A stretch of DNA of 64,000 nt, taken from positions 70,701-134,700 of the forward strand of contig CAYFXC010000003.1 of the NCBI GenBank assembly GCA_964347045.1, read 5' to 3'. Positions 19,860 through 27,709 of the stretch are shown piece after piece. Made by a program: the position numbers and the translations under genes. Positions within the stretch are counted from its first letter, which is position 1; each line of letters starts with the position of its first letter. The notes below the pieces were generated by a model. It had not been told where the DNA came from and ran no database searches. It worked only from the letters and a program-made list of their open reading frames with translations. This DNA is from an uncultured archaeon (lineage in GTDB: Archaea > Asgardarchaeota > Hermodarchaeia > Hermodarchaeales > Hermodarchaeaceae).

Positions 19860-21830
19860 ATGACCGATTCCCAAAATCAACCTCAACATGCTCCGCATCC
19901 CCCAACTTCTTTTCTTCCCCGTTCTACACACAGCCCCGAAGCTCAACACCTTCTCAATATCTATGGATTCACCGCTTGGAATACTCTCGAACGCGACCTC
20001 AACCGCCACCCCTATCTTAGACACCGCACTACCTTCCCCCTAGCCTACACACACGCCCTCTGGCACCGTATCCTCACTGCTGCTCGTAATGACGGACACC
20101 TCACCGACACCACCTACAAATCCCTCGAAACTATCACCGGCATCCCCGCTGGACGACTCCGCGACTGGCGTCTCGGCGAAAAAGAACCCCACCTCGAACG
20201 CACTCTCCAAATCCACGAAACCGCCCGACAATACTGGGAACACACCCTCCCCCAAGAAGCCAAACAACACCTCATTGATCCCTCCCTTGTCTACACCACC
20301 TTCCACCCCCTCCTTGACCACACCGAAACACATACTCTCGAAGCCCCTACCACCGGCATCAAAACCCTCTATCACCACAACAAAAACCAACGCCTCATAA
20401 TCGCCGAACTCAAACCCTACCACAAAACCGGACCCCAACAACTCCGCACCATCGCCCACGCAATCATTGAACATCGATCTGAACTCGAACACAAACTCAC
20501 CAAACGGCTAAATCTCCCCAACACCCACGAAGAACTCCGGATCGCCGTCGACCACGGCACCCTCTACCTCTGGCGCAAAACCACCCACCCCGACCACTGG
20601 CTCAACACCTATAGAAACGAACTCCTCTACCTTACACCCAAAATCAAAGAAGACCTCATCAACAAGGCACGACGCCACCTCAACGTCAATACCCAACAAC
20701 TCGGACAACTCCTCGCCCAACTCACCGACCACAAAGGTGAACGAAGCCACACTCCACGAGCCGCACCCTACGAACTCACACACTTCAGTCCCAGTCTCCA
20801 CGGCAACACCCTCCACCTTCTCCTCGACGCAGCCGACCAAACGGTCGATGCAATCAAACCGTATATTACCCAAATCGGACGCATCGCCAACCACGAAAAA
20901 GGTGGAGGTATCCAAAATCCACGTTTCCCCCAAGGCAGAGAACTCGACATATTACGCGCACGTCTTCTTGCTATCGGACTCAGCGATTGTCATATCCACA
21001 AAGACACTCGTGTAATGTCTTATCATGAAAACGATCTAAATCGCATTAGGTATGTGACTAGTTTATTCCGAAGACTAGGGGATTGTACTTACAAACTTGA
21101 ATTCCTCCGGGGAAATCGCACCCGTCTAACCATAACTGCTCCTGTGGGACGGCTTCTCGAATATTGGGGCGTCCCACGCGGCGATAAGCATCTTTACCCT
21201 AATGCTAGATTACCCGAAGTGGTTCGTTTGGGGAAACCCAAAGTGAAGCAAGCCTACCTCGCTGAAGTAATCCCCGAAGATGGATTTTTTGTCAATCGCG
21301 CAGGTGCTTACAAATTTGGGATTAAACGAGCCCAAATTCTCGACGCCGGTTTAAAATCAAAAATTTATGGCTATCCTACAAAAATTACTCCGAAACATAC
21401 AGGTTTGATTAAAAAATATGGAGTAAAGCGAAAACAAGCAATACGGGACAATAGACCACGAAACGAAATAACATTGACAAAAGGGAGGTTAAAAGAATTA
21501 ATCAGAAAAGGAGAAACGCAAAAAGATCAACACATAGCTCAACAATTGGAAGTAATAATCAAGACAAATCCTTCTCAGTTACTTAAAGACGAAAAGGAGC
21601 TGGCAGAAAGCTTAGGGATCAAGATGCAAATGATTTTCAAAGAACTTAAACTCCAAGAATCTGGGCGAGTCTCTACCCTCTGGGAAATCTATACCAAATC
21701 CTCAACAGACACTCTTCAATGGGCAACCCTTGCAGAACCAAGCTCTGGAGAAAAACAGAGTGCAGTGAGAGATTGGATTATCAAATACCAAGGAAAGAAT
21801 TCTATAGATTCTACTAAGGCGGAGCTATAG
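19860..21830 (+). CDS. HTH + LAGLIDADG (DOD) homing-endonuclease-like protein
   Basis: HTH-like YKSLETITGIPAGRLRDWRLG. Two LAGLIDADG-like helices (LLAIGLSDCHI and AYLAEVIPEDGFF), the second preceded by the intein-endonuclease-type K....RLPEVV..G.P.VK linker. No splicing domain. Confidence 0.6.
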   Translation: MTDSQNQPQHAPHPPTSFLPRSTHSPEAQHLLNIYGFTAWNTLERDLNRHPYLRHRTTFPLAYTHALWHRILTAARNDGHLTDTTYKSLETITGIPAGRLRDWRLGEKEPHLERTLQIHETARQYWEHTLPQEAKQHLIDPSLVYTTFHPLLDHTETHTLEAPTTGIKTLYHHNKNQRLIIAELKPYHKTGPQQLRTIAHAIIEHRSELEHKLTKRLNLPNTHEELRIAVDHGTLYLWRKTTHPDHWLNTYRNELLYLTPKIKEDLINKARRHLNVNTQQLGQLLAQLTDHKGERSHTPRAAPYELTHFSPSLHGNTLHLLLDAADQTVDAIKPYITQIGRIANHEKGGGIQNPRFPQGRELDILRARLLAIGLSDCHIHKDTRVMSYHENDLNRIRYVTSLFRRLGDCTYKLEFLRGNRTRLTITAPVGRLLEYWGVPRGDKHLYPNARLPEVVRLGKPKVKQAYLAEVIPEDGFFVNRAGAYKFGIKRAQILDAGLKSKIYGYPTKITPKHTGLIKKYGVKRKQAIRDNRPRNEITLTKGRLKELIRKGETQKDQHIAQQLEVIIKTNPSQLLKDEKELAESLGIKMQMIFKELKLQESGRVSTLWEIYTKSSTDTLQWATLAEPSSGEKQSAVRDWIIKYQGKNSIDSTKAEL

Positions 21831-21856
21831 AAAATGCTGAGAGGCAATCAAGGCAA

Positions 21857-23062
21857 TTAACGGCGCCAAGCTTTGATTCGGTTCCGTTCTTCTCGACTCT
21901 TCTCTTGGAACCATGCCCAGGGCTTCTCTTCTTGCTTCCCATCGGGGTATGAAAGTATAATTCGGTCAGTGCAGGAGAAGCAGGGGTCTATCGAAGCCAG
22001 GGCGATGGGGATGTCGGCGATTTTGCCGCCTTTGAGCATTTCGATGACGCTGGGGATGTTGGCGTAGGTGGGGGCGCGGGCTTTGTGGCGTTCGGGTTTG
22101 TCGGTGCCGTTGCTGACGACGTAGTGGAGGACTTCGCCGCGGGGGGCTTCGAAGGTGCTGAGGGCGTGGCCGGGTGGGATGCGGCGGGGGGTGCGGGTGC
22201 TGATGTCGCCTGTGGGGAGGGTGGTGAGCCAGTGGGTGACGGTGGTGCAGGCGTCGAGGGTTTCGAGCATGCGGACGACGACGCGGCCGGCGACGTCGCA
22301 CATGTCGGAGGTGCGGACTTCCCAGGTGGTGCCGAGGGTTTCTTGGTAGGGGGTGCGGGGTTGGGTGGCGCGGACGTCCCAGTCGATGTTGGAGGCGCGG
22401 GCGGTGGGTCCGGTGGCGCAGAGGGCTTTGCCGACGTCGGTTTTGAGGATGCCGACGCCGATGGCGCGGTCGAGGATCGTTTGTTCGGCTAACACGAGTT
22501 TGATGTAGTGGTTGACGCGGTCTTTGATTTTTTCCAGGCGGTCTACCATGCTGGGGATTTGGCTTTTCTCGATGTCGTGGCGGACGCCGCCGATGATGTT
22601 GTTGGCGTAGTTGACGCGGTTCCCACAGATTTCTTCGATCATGTCCATGCTTAATTCGCGGTCCCGCCAGGAATAATGGAACAGGGTATCCCAGCCGATT
22701 TCGTGGCCGGCTATGCCGAGCCAGAGGATGTGGCTGTGGATGCGGTTGAGCTCGTTCATGATGGCACGAATGTACAAACCCCGTTTGGGAACATCCAAGT
22801 CCAGAATCTCTTCGACGGCTTGAACATATGTTGTGGTGTGGGCTTGAGAGCAAATCCCGCAAATGCGTTCGGCGAGGTAAATGTTTTGGCTAAAACTTCG
22901 ACTTTCAAAGGCTTTTTCGATGCCGCGATGGACATAGCCGATTCGCGCTTCGACGTCGACAACAATTTCTCCGTCGACGGTGATGGTGAAGTTTTCCGGC
23001 TCCTTGAGTGCGGGGTGTTGGGGACCGATGGGGATGGTCATCGTTGTGGGTGGTTTAGCCAT
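21857..23062 (-). CDS. Group 4 (Ech/Mbh-type) [NiFe]-hydrogenase large subunit
   Basis: GPQHP, GYVHRGIEK, L1 motif ERICGIC, EAPRGE, L2 motif DPCFSCTDR, plus a C-terminal extension. Confidence 0.95.
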   Translation of the reverse strand: MAKPPTTMTIPIGPQHPALKEPENFTITVDGEIVVDVEARIGYVHRGIEKAFESRSFSQNIYLAERICGICSQAHTTTYVQAVEEILDLDVPKRGLYIRAIMNELNRIHSHILWLGIAGHEIGWDTLFHYSWRDRELSMDMIEEICGNRVNYANNIIGGVRHDIEKSQIPSMVDRLEKIKDRVNHYIKLVLAEQTILDRAIGVGILKTDVGKALCATGPTARASNIDWDVRATQPRTPYQETLGTTWEVRTSDMCDVAGRVVVRMLETLDACTTVTHWLTTLPTGDISTRTPRRIPPGHALSTFEAPRGEVLHYVVSNGTDKPERHKARAPTYANIPSVIEMLKGGKIADIPIALASIDPCFSCTDRIILSYPDGKQEEKPWAWFQEKSREERNRIKAWRR

Positions 23063-23113
23063 AGTGGGTCAACTACCTGAAAGCTTTCAGTGTAGTCACT
23101 TCATGCCTTTTTC

Positions 23114-23148
23114 TTCCTTAAGAAATTAACCGTCAAACAAAGTTATAC
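23114..23148. repeat. 35-bp direct repeat, copy 1 (hydrogenase upstream region)
   Basis: ttccttaagaaattaaccgtcaaacaaagttatac; 29/35 identical to 24321-24355. Confidence 0.75.
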
Positions 23149-23301
23149 CCGGCTTTATATACCACGGCTGGGCTTTGAAGACCATCAACGAGGCCGAAAT
23201 GATTCCAAACTTTGAGGTTAGATTGCTCTGTAAGAGTGGTTGGATGGGTGTCCCACATTTCTTTGAATCGAGAAAAAGCATGGTATTCAAAATGCAAAAG
23301 A

Positions 23302-24129
23302 TTAGTTGTTTGGTTTTTTAGATAGGCGTGTGTAGCCGTAGATAATGACTAAGGTGATGCTGTAGATGGAGTACAGTATAATGATAGCAAGAAAGTACCA
23401 TTGTAACTGAATGAGACCTAAGATTTCTACGAATAGGGCAAGTGAGAAGTTGAACGAAGCGTGGAAAATAATGGCGCCCAATACGCTGCCATTGGTGTTA
23501 TTTACAATCCATGTGATAATGATGGATATGAACACAATTAATATGATGAAACCTAGAAAATTAAGGAAATCAAATTGTCCCTCCTCAAGTCCAAGTAGCA
23601 GATAAATGGGTAAATGCCAGAATCCCCAGAATACCCCAAGAATGAGGCTTGACCCTAAGGCGTTAAACCGTGATTGCAGGCGTGGTAATGCGAATCCCCG
23701 CCAACCCAGTTCTTCTCCAGTAGCACCAATCACCACACTACCAATTAACCAAAACAAACCAATAATCCCGTCAAAGGGCATATGAGGTCCAGGGATTGGA
23801 TTGCCAAGACCTATGTATAGCCCTATGGTAAGAAGAGCAATCGCGAAAGGAGAAAAAGCTGCAAGATACCAACCAATTCCGATTCTCCATATCCCCATTT
23901 TTCCTACTAATTTCCTGATTCCGTTCCATTCTTTCAGAATTAATAATATCACGATGAATGCGGCAATGCTTGGAGCCCAGGGAGGAAGAAGTTGGAGCAC
24001 AGGAAGTGGTATTACTACCGCAATACCACTTGCCCCAATAAAAAGTACAAAAGTTAGAACAAAGAACCACAAGAGAACAGATCCACTCGAGGATATCCGT
24101 GTTTCAGTGGCGGTCGTTTCAAGTGTCAT
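23302..24129 (-). CDS. CPBP (CAAX/Abi) intramembrane metalloprotease
   Basis: EELGWRG, FWGFWH and HASFN motifs; multi-TM. Confidence 0.92.
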   Translation of the reverse strand: MTLETTATETRISSSGSVLLWFFVLTFVLFIGASGIAVVIPLPVLQLLPPWAPSIAAFIVILLILKEWNGIRKLVGKMGIWRIGIGWYLAAFSPFAIALLTIGLYIGLGNPIPGPHMPFDGIIGLFWLIGSVVIGATGEELGWRGFALPRLQSRFNALGSSLILGVFWGFWHLPIYLLLGLEEGQFDFLNFLGFIILIVFISIIITWIVNNTNGSVLGAIIFHASFNFSLALFVEILGLIQLQWYFLAIIILYSIYSITLVIIYGYTRLSKKPNN

Positions 24130-24320
24130 AATATTTCAAGGCAAAACAATTGAAAGTTATTCAAATACCTTCATAAACCGGCTAGTTCAGAATTTTCTAT
24201 GACAAATCTAACCTTCTTTACAAGTTTTATTACTGTAACCTAGGTGTTGGTCTGAAAAATTTCGAAACGATCTATTGTCTGGCTTTTTGGTACCAAGGTA
24301 ATTTGGATTTGGCCAATGGT

Positions 24321-24355
24321 TTCCCTAAGAAATTAACTGTCAGACTATGATATAC
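24321..24355. repeat. 35-bp direct repeat, copy 2
   Basis: ttccctaagaaattaactgtcagactatgatatac; matches 23114-23148. Confidence 0.75.
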
Positions 24356-24450
24356 TTGATTATTTTTAGGGCGCATTCTGGTCATGAAACCCCTAGAACC
24401 CTTTCTCGTCTTTCTAAAATTTAGATAACGAGTATTTTACTAGTTCATAG

Positions 24451-24486
24451 AAAAAAGATTGACAGGTGCCCCCAAGAGGGGACACC
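24451..24486 (-). terminator. Hairpin plus T-tract after the 24508-24888 gene
   Basis: GGTGcCCCC-aaga-GGGGaCACC (24465-24486), followed on the minus strand by TCTTTTTT. Confidence 0.5.
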
Positions 24487-24507
24487 AATGAAGGAAGTTC
24501 CCTTAAT

Positions 24508-24888
24508 CTACCTAAAAGCGTCTCTGACGAAGAAAAGATAGATGACGATGATGAGCGGGATGGCCACGACGATCAATTGTGAGAAGTCAAGAAAACCAGA
24601 ATTATAGAAACCATAGATGCCAATGATTAGGGCAATAATGTTGTAGAACATTGTGATCATCCAGGCCCACCCTTTCAGACCCCAGAGTCCCCAGAAGAGA
24701 ATAAGACCAATGATTCCCCAGATAATCATGAATGCACCGATTGCCATTAAGATTATCCCAATAATTGGGATGGCTAAGCCAGCCATCAGTGAGAGAGCAC
24801 CAATCGCAAGCATTGCAATTGCGCCAAGTAGTTGTAGAATGGCGATGATAGTTACGCCCGTTGGACGTTCAGCCATTTTTTTCACCAA
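24508..24888 (-). CDS. Small 4-TM archaeal membrane protein (RPxGVTIIA family)
   Basis: RPTGVTIIAIL start, GLWGLKGWAW, IVIYL...VRDAF. Confidence 0.7.
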   Translation of the reverse strand: MVKKMAERPTGVTIIAILQLLGAIAMLAIGALSLMAGLAIPIIGIILMAIGAFMIIWGIIGLILFWGLWGLKGWAWMITMFYNIIALIIGIYGFYNSGFLDFSQLIVVAIPLIIVIYLFFVRDAFR

Positions 24889-25253
24889 TTTAGTTTTGGA
24901 CTATGAATTACCTTACAACAGAAGCTACTTCTGTTATAGAAGTAATTATCCCTCGGTCCTACTATTCTCCTTATAAATTAGGCAGGTCCGTCAAAGGATT
25001 CAAAGAAAAGCTTCTTTTTTTCTTAAACACAAGAGTTTTTCTCACAAATATTTCTCAACGTAGTATTCTGAACACCAACCAATTTGAATTCAACAAGTAA
25101 TACTTGATGCGGATTCAAATGGGGTCCAGAAATCTGAGAAAGACATTTGAGCGATACCTCATTTAATGCGTCTCCCCAGAAGCTTTTGTTAACTCTCAAG
25201 CGTCTTAAATAGGAGATAATCCTAACAGTCTCTAGTCGTGGAGAGTACGAAAT

Positions 25254-27650
25254 ATGCCTGAATTAACACCAAACCAACTTCGCGCCAGATGTAAATCAAA
25301 GGACTTTGAATGCAAAACGAGTGCTGAGCTATCTCTCCTAGAAGGGGTCGTGGGTCAACCACGGGCTCTAAACGCGCTAAAATTTGGTTTAGAGATTCCC
25401 GATAAAGGTTTTAACATTTATGTGGCTGGAAGCCCAGGCACAGGTCGACACACGGCGACGAAACGGTACCTTGAAGAACTTAAGGCTCAACTGCGTGAAG
25501 TCCCTTCAGATTGGTGTTATGTGACCAATTATAAGAATCAGTTCAGACCGAAAGCCTTGGAGTTTCCTGCCGGAATGGGGAAGGTGTTTGTTGCGAAGAT
25601 TGATCAATTTATCGAGGCGGCGCGAACATCGATTCAACGAATGTTGGAAAGCGAAGAATACGCTCAGCAGCGTGAAGAACTTACTCGTTCGTTTGAAACT
25701 CAACGAGATGAATTAACTGAAGAGATGCGTGGAAAAGCTCAAGATGCTGGCTTTATGTTGCAAGGAACACAGACGGGATTGCTGATGGTGCCAGTAATTC
25801 AAGGAAAACCGATTGGACCTGATATGATTCCTAAGTTGAAGCCCGAAGTTCGGAAGGAAATTGAAGCTAAACGGAACGCCCTTGAAACTGAGCTTCGTTC
25901 GGCTTTTCGAAAATTACGCCAGCTCGAACGAGATTTATTTGAACAGCTTCGTCAAATGGAAGAAAAGGCTGTGCGCTTTACACTTGAACCATTAATCAAC
26001 GAAATTGAAGAAGAATTCACTGGCAATGAAAAATCCGTGAGCTGGATTAACGAATTAGCTGATGATATGATTGAAAATTTGAATCAATTCATTGGGCGAC
26101 AACCTCAAGGGATGCCTCCTGAGCTTCTGATGCGCATGCCCTCACCTGAAGATTTTGCCAATCGCTATAAAGTCAATCTAATTGTGGATAACTCAGAAAT
26201 AGAAGGTGCTCCGGTAGTTACTGTAACTAATGCTGCGTATAATCGTCTCTTTGGGTTAATTGAAAAAGAGCCCCGATTTGGTGCGTTGGTAACAGATACT
26301 ACTATGATTCGTGGAGGTTATTTACATCAGGCAAATGGTGGTTATATTGTAATTCCGGTTCGTGAACTTCTAATGGCACCTGCATCATATCAGGCATTGA
26401 AACGGGCTTTACAAAATGATCAGATTGTCATTGAGGAAGCCTCAGAAGCAATGGGGTTTCTTACTGTGAAAACATTACATCCTGAGCCAATACCACTGAA
26501 AATAAAGGTAGTTTTGATTGGTGAGCCACTGTGGTATCAGCAATTGTATCAGTTAGATCCTGATTTTCGTGAATTGTTCAAAGTTAAAGCAGATTTTGAT
26601 ACATCCATGGAACGCAATGAACAAACTGTCAAAATCTATGGAGACTTTGTTTGTACACTCACTGAAAAAGAAAATCTTTTGTCGCTTGATGCTGAAGCGA
26701 TTGCGGAAGTAGTCGATTTCAGTTCAAGACTAGCGGATGATCAAAATAAACTGTCAACCCGTTTTGATATTGTCGCAGACATTATCCGCGAAGCAAACTT
26801 CTATGCAAAGAAATCTGGGAAAAATACAATTGGTTTATCGTATATCAAAAAGACCGTGGATGAACGGTTCTTCCGCTCGAGTTTGTATGCTGAGAAAGTT
26901 CGTGAATATATCAAGAAAGGTGTCATTTTAATAGACACAAAGGGTGAAAAAGTCGGGCAAATCAATGGCTTGTCCGTGCTTTCTCTAGGAGATTTTAGTT
27001 TTGGGCAACCTTCGCGTATCACTGCTACAGTCGCACCGGGGCGGGGACAAGTCATAGATATTGAACGTGAAGCACAACTCAGTGGACCAATCCAAATTAA
27101 AGGGGTGCAAATCCTCACAGGATTTCTTCATGAAGTATTTGGCCAAGACAAACCCTTGAGCCTTTTAGCTCGTATTACCTTCGAACAAAGTTATGGTGGA
27201 GTTGATGGTGACAGTGCAAGTAGCACTGAGTTATATGCCATGCTCTCGGCGTTATCCGATGTTCCGATTCAACAACGATTTGCTGTCACGGGTTCAGTCA
27301 ACCAACATGGACACGTCCAAGCAATCGGTGGAGTAAATCAGAAAATTGAGGGCTATTTTGCTGTTTGTAAGGAAATGGGCTTAACTGGTGACCAAGGAGT
27401 GTTGGTTCCTGAATCAAACGTACAAAATCTCATGTTGAAAGATGAAGTGATTGAGGCTGTACAAGCTGCTAAGTTTCACATCTACTCGGTGAGAACCATC
27501 GAGGAAGGAATTGAATTGCTCACAGGTGTTCCTGCGGGTAAAACGCAAGCAGATGGAGCCTATCCTGAGAATTCGATATTCGGGCGTGTCGATAAACGGT
27601 TACAGGAAATGGCCAATATCATGCGAGAACATAATCGTCCCGCTAACTAA
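25254..27650 (+). CDS. Lon-like (LonC/AAA_32-type) S16 protease
   Basis: GQPRA, degenerate Walker A GSPGTGRH, coiled-coil insert, LHQANGG, Ser-Lys dyad DGDSAS...GGVNQKIEG. Confidence 0.92.
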   Translation: MPELTPNQLRARCKSKDFECKTSAELSLLEGVVGQPRALNALKFGLEIPDKGFNIYVAGSPGTGRHTATKRYLEELKAQLREVPSDWCYVTNYKNQFRPKALEFPAGMGKVFVAKIDQFIEAARTSIQRMLESEEYAQQREELTRSFETQRDELTEEMRGKAQDAGFMLQGTQTGLLMVPVIQGKPIGPDMIPKLKPEVRKEIEAKRNALETELRSAFRKLRQLERDLFEQLRQMEEKAVRFTLEPLINEIEEEFTGNEKSVSWINELADDMIENLNQFIGRQPQGMPPELLMRMPSPEDFANRYKVNLIVDNSEIEGAPVVTVTNAAYNRLFGLIEKEPRFGALVTDTTMIRGGYLHQANGGYIVIPVRELLMAPASYQALKRALQNDQIVIEEASEAMGFLTVKTLHPEPIPLKIKVVLIGEPLWYQQLYQLDPDFRELFKVKADFDTSMERNEQTVKIYGDFVCTLTEKENLLSLDAEAIAEVVDFSSRLADDQNKLSTRFDIVADIIREANFYAKKSGKNTIGLSYIKKTVDERFFRSSLYAEKVREYIKKGVILIDTKGEKVGQINGLSVLSLGDFSFGQPSRITATVAPGRGQVIDIEREAQLSGPIQIKGVQILTGFLHEVFGQDKPLSLLARITFEQSYGGVDGDSASSTELYAMLSALSDVPIQQRFAVTGSVNQHGHVQAIGGVNQKIEGYFAVCKEMGLTGDQGVLVPESNVQNLMLKDEVIEAVQAAKFHIYSVRTIEEGIELLTGVPAGKTQADGAYPENSIFGRVDKRLQEMANIMREHNRPAN

Positions 27651-27709
27651 TCGTCGTATCGCAATTCACTTTTAAGCAACATCCACACAAGCCCTTTTAG
27701 GGAAGCCGG

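Larger units (their letters stand above)
16170..21964. mobile_element. Putative integrated element bounded by duplicated hydrogenase 3' ends
   Basis: Direct imperfect repeats at 16170-16276 and 21857-21964; endonuclease-like gene next to the intact copy; accessory cargo between them. Confidence 0.45.

Noticed and set aside
20040-21015. Several overlapping ORFs within the LAGLIDADG-like gene
   Set aside because: Low-complexity alternative frames caused by stop-codon depletion in the skewed tract.
19860-21830. Intein or intron-encoded endonuclease
   Set aside because: No Hint splicing motifs (N-terminal Cys/Ser block, terminal His-Asn) and no interrupted host gene around the ORF.
16170-21964. 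Diversity-generating retroelement (TR/VR pair) explanation for the duplicated tail
   Set aside because: No reverse transcriptase in the window, and the differences are not restricted to adenines.
20900-21970. Skew switch read as a chromosomal replication origin
   Set aside because: The polarity fits, but the switch lies within coding sequence, the tracts are only ~1 kb, and no cdc6/orc1 gene or ORB-like repeats are visible.
21966-22862. 298-aa Arg/His/Pro-rich ORF and the 135-aa + strand ORF overlapping the hydrogenase gene
   Set aside because: Shadow frames kept open by the extreme compositional skew; the hydrogenase frame has all the conserved motifs.
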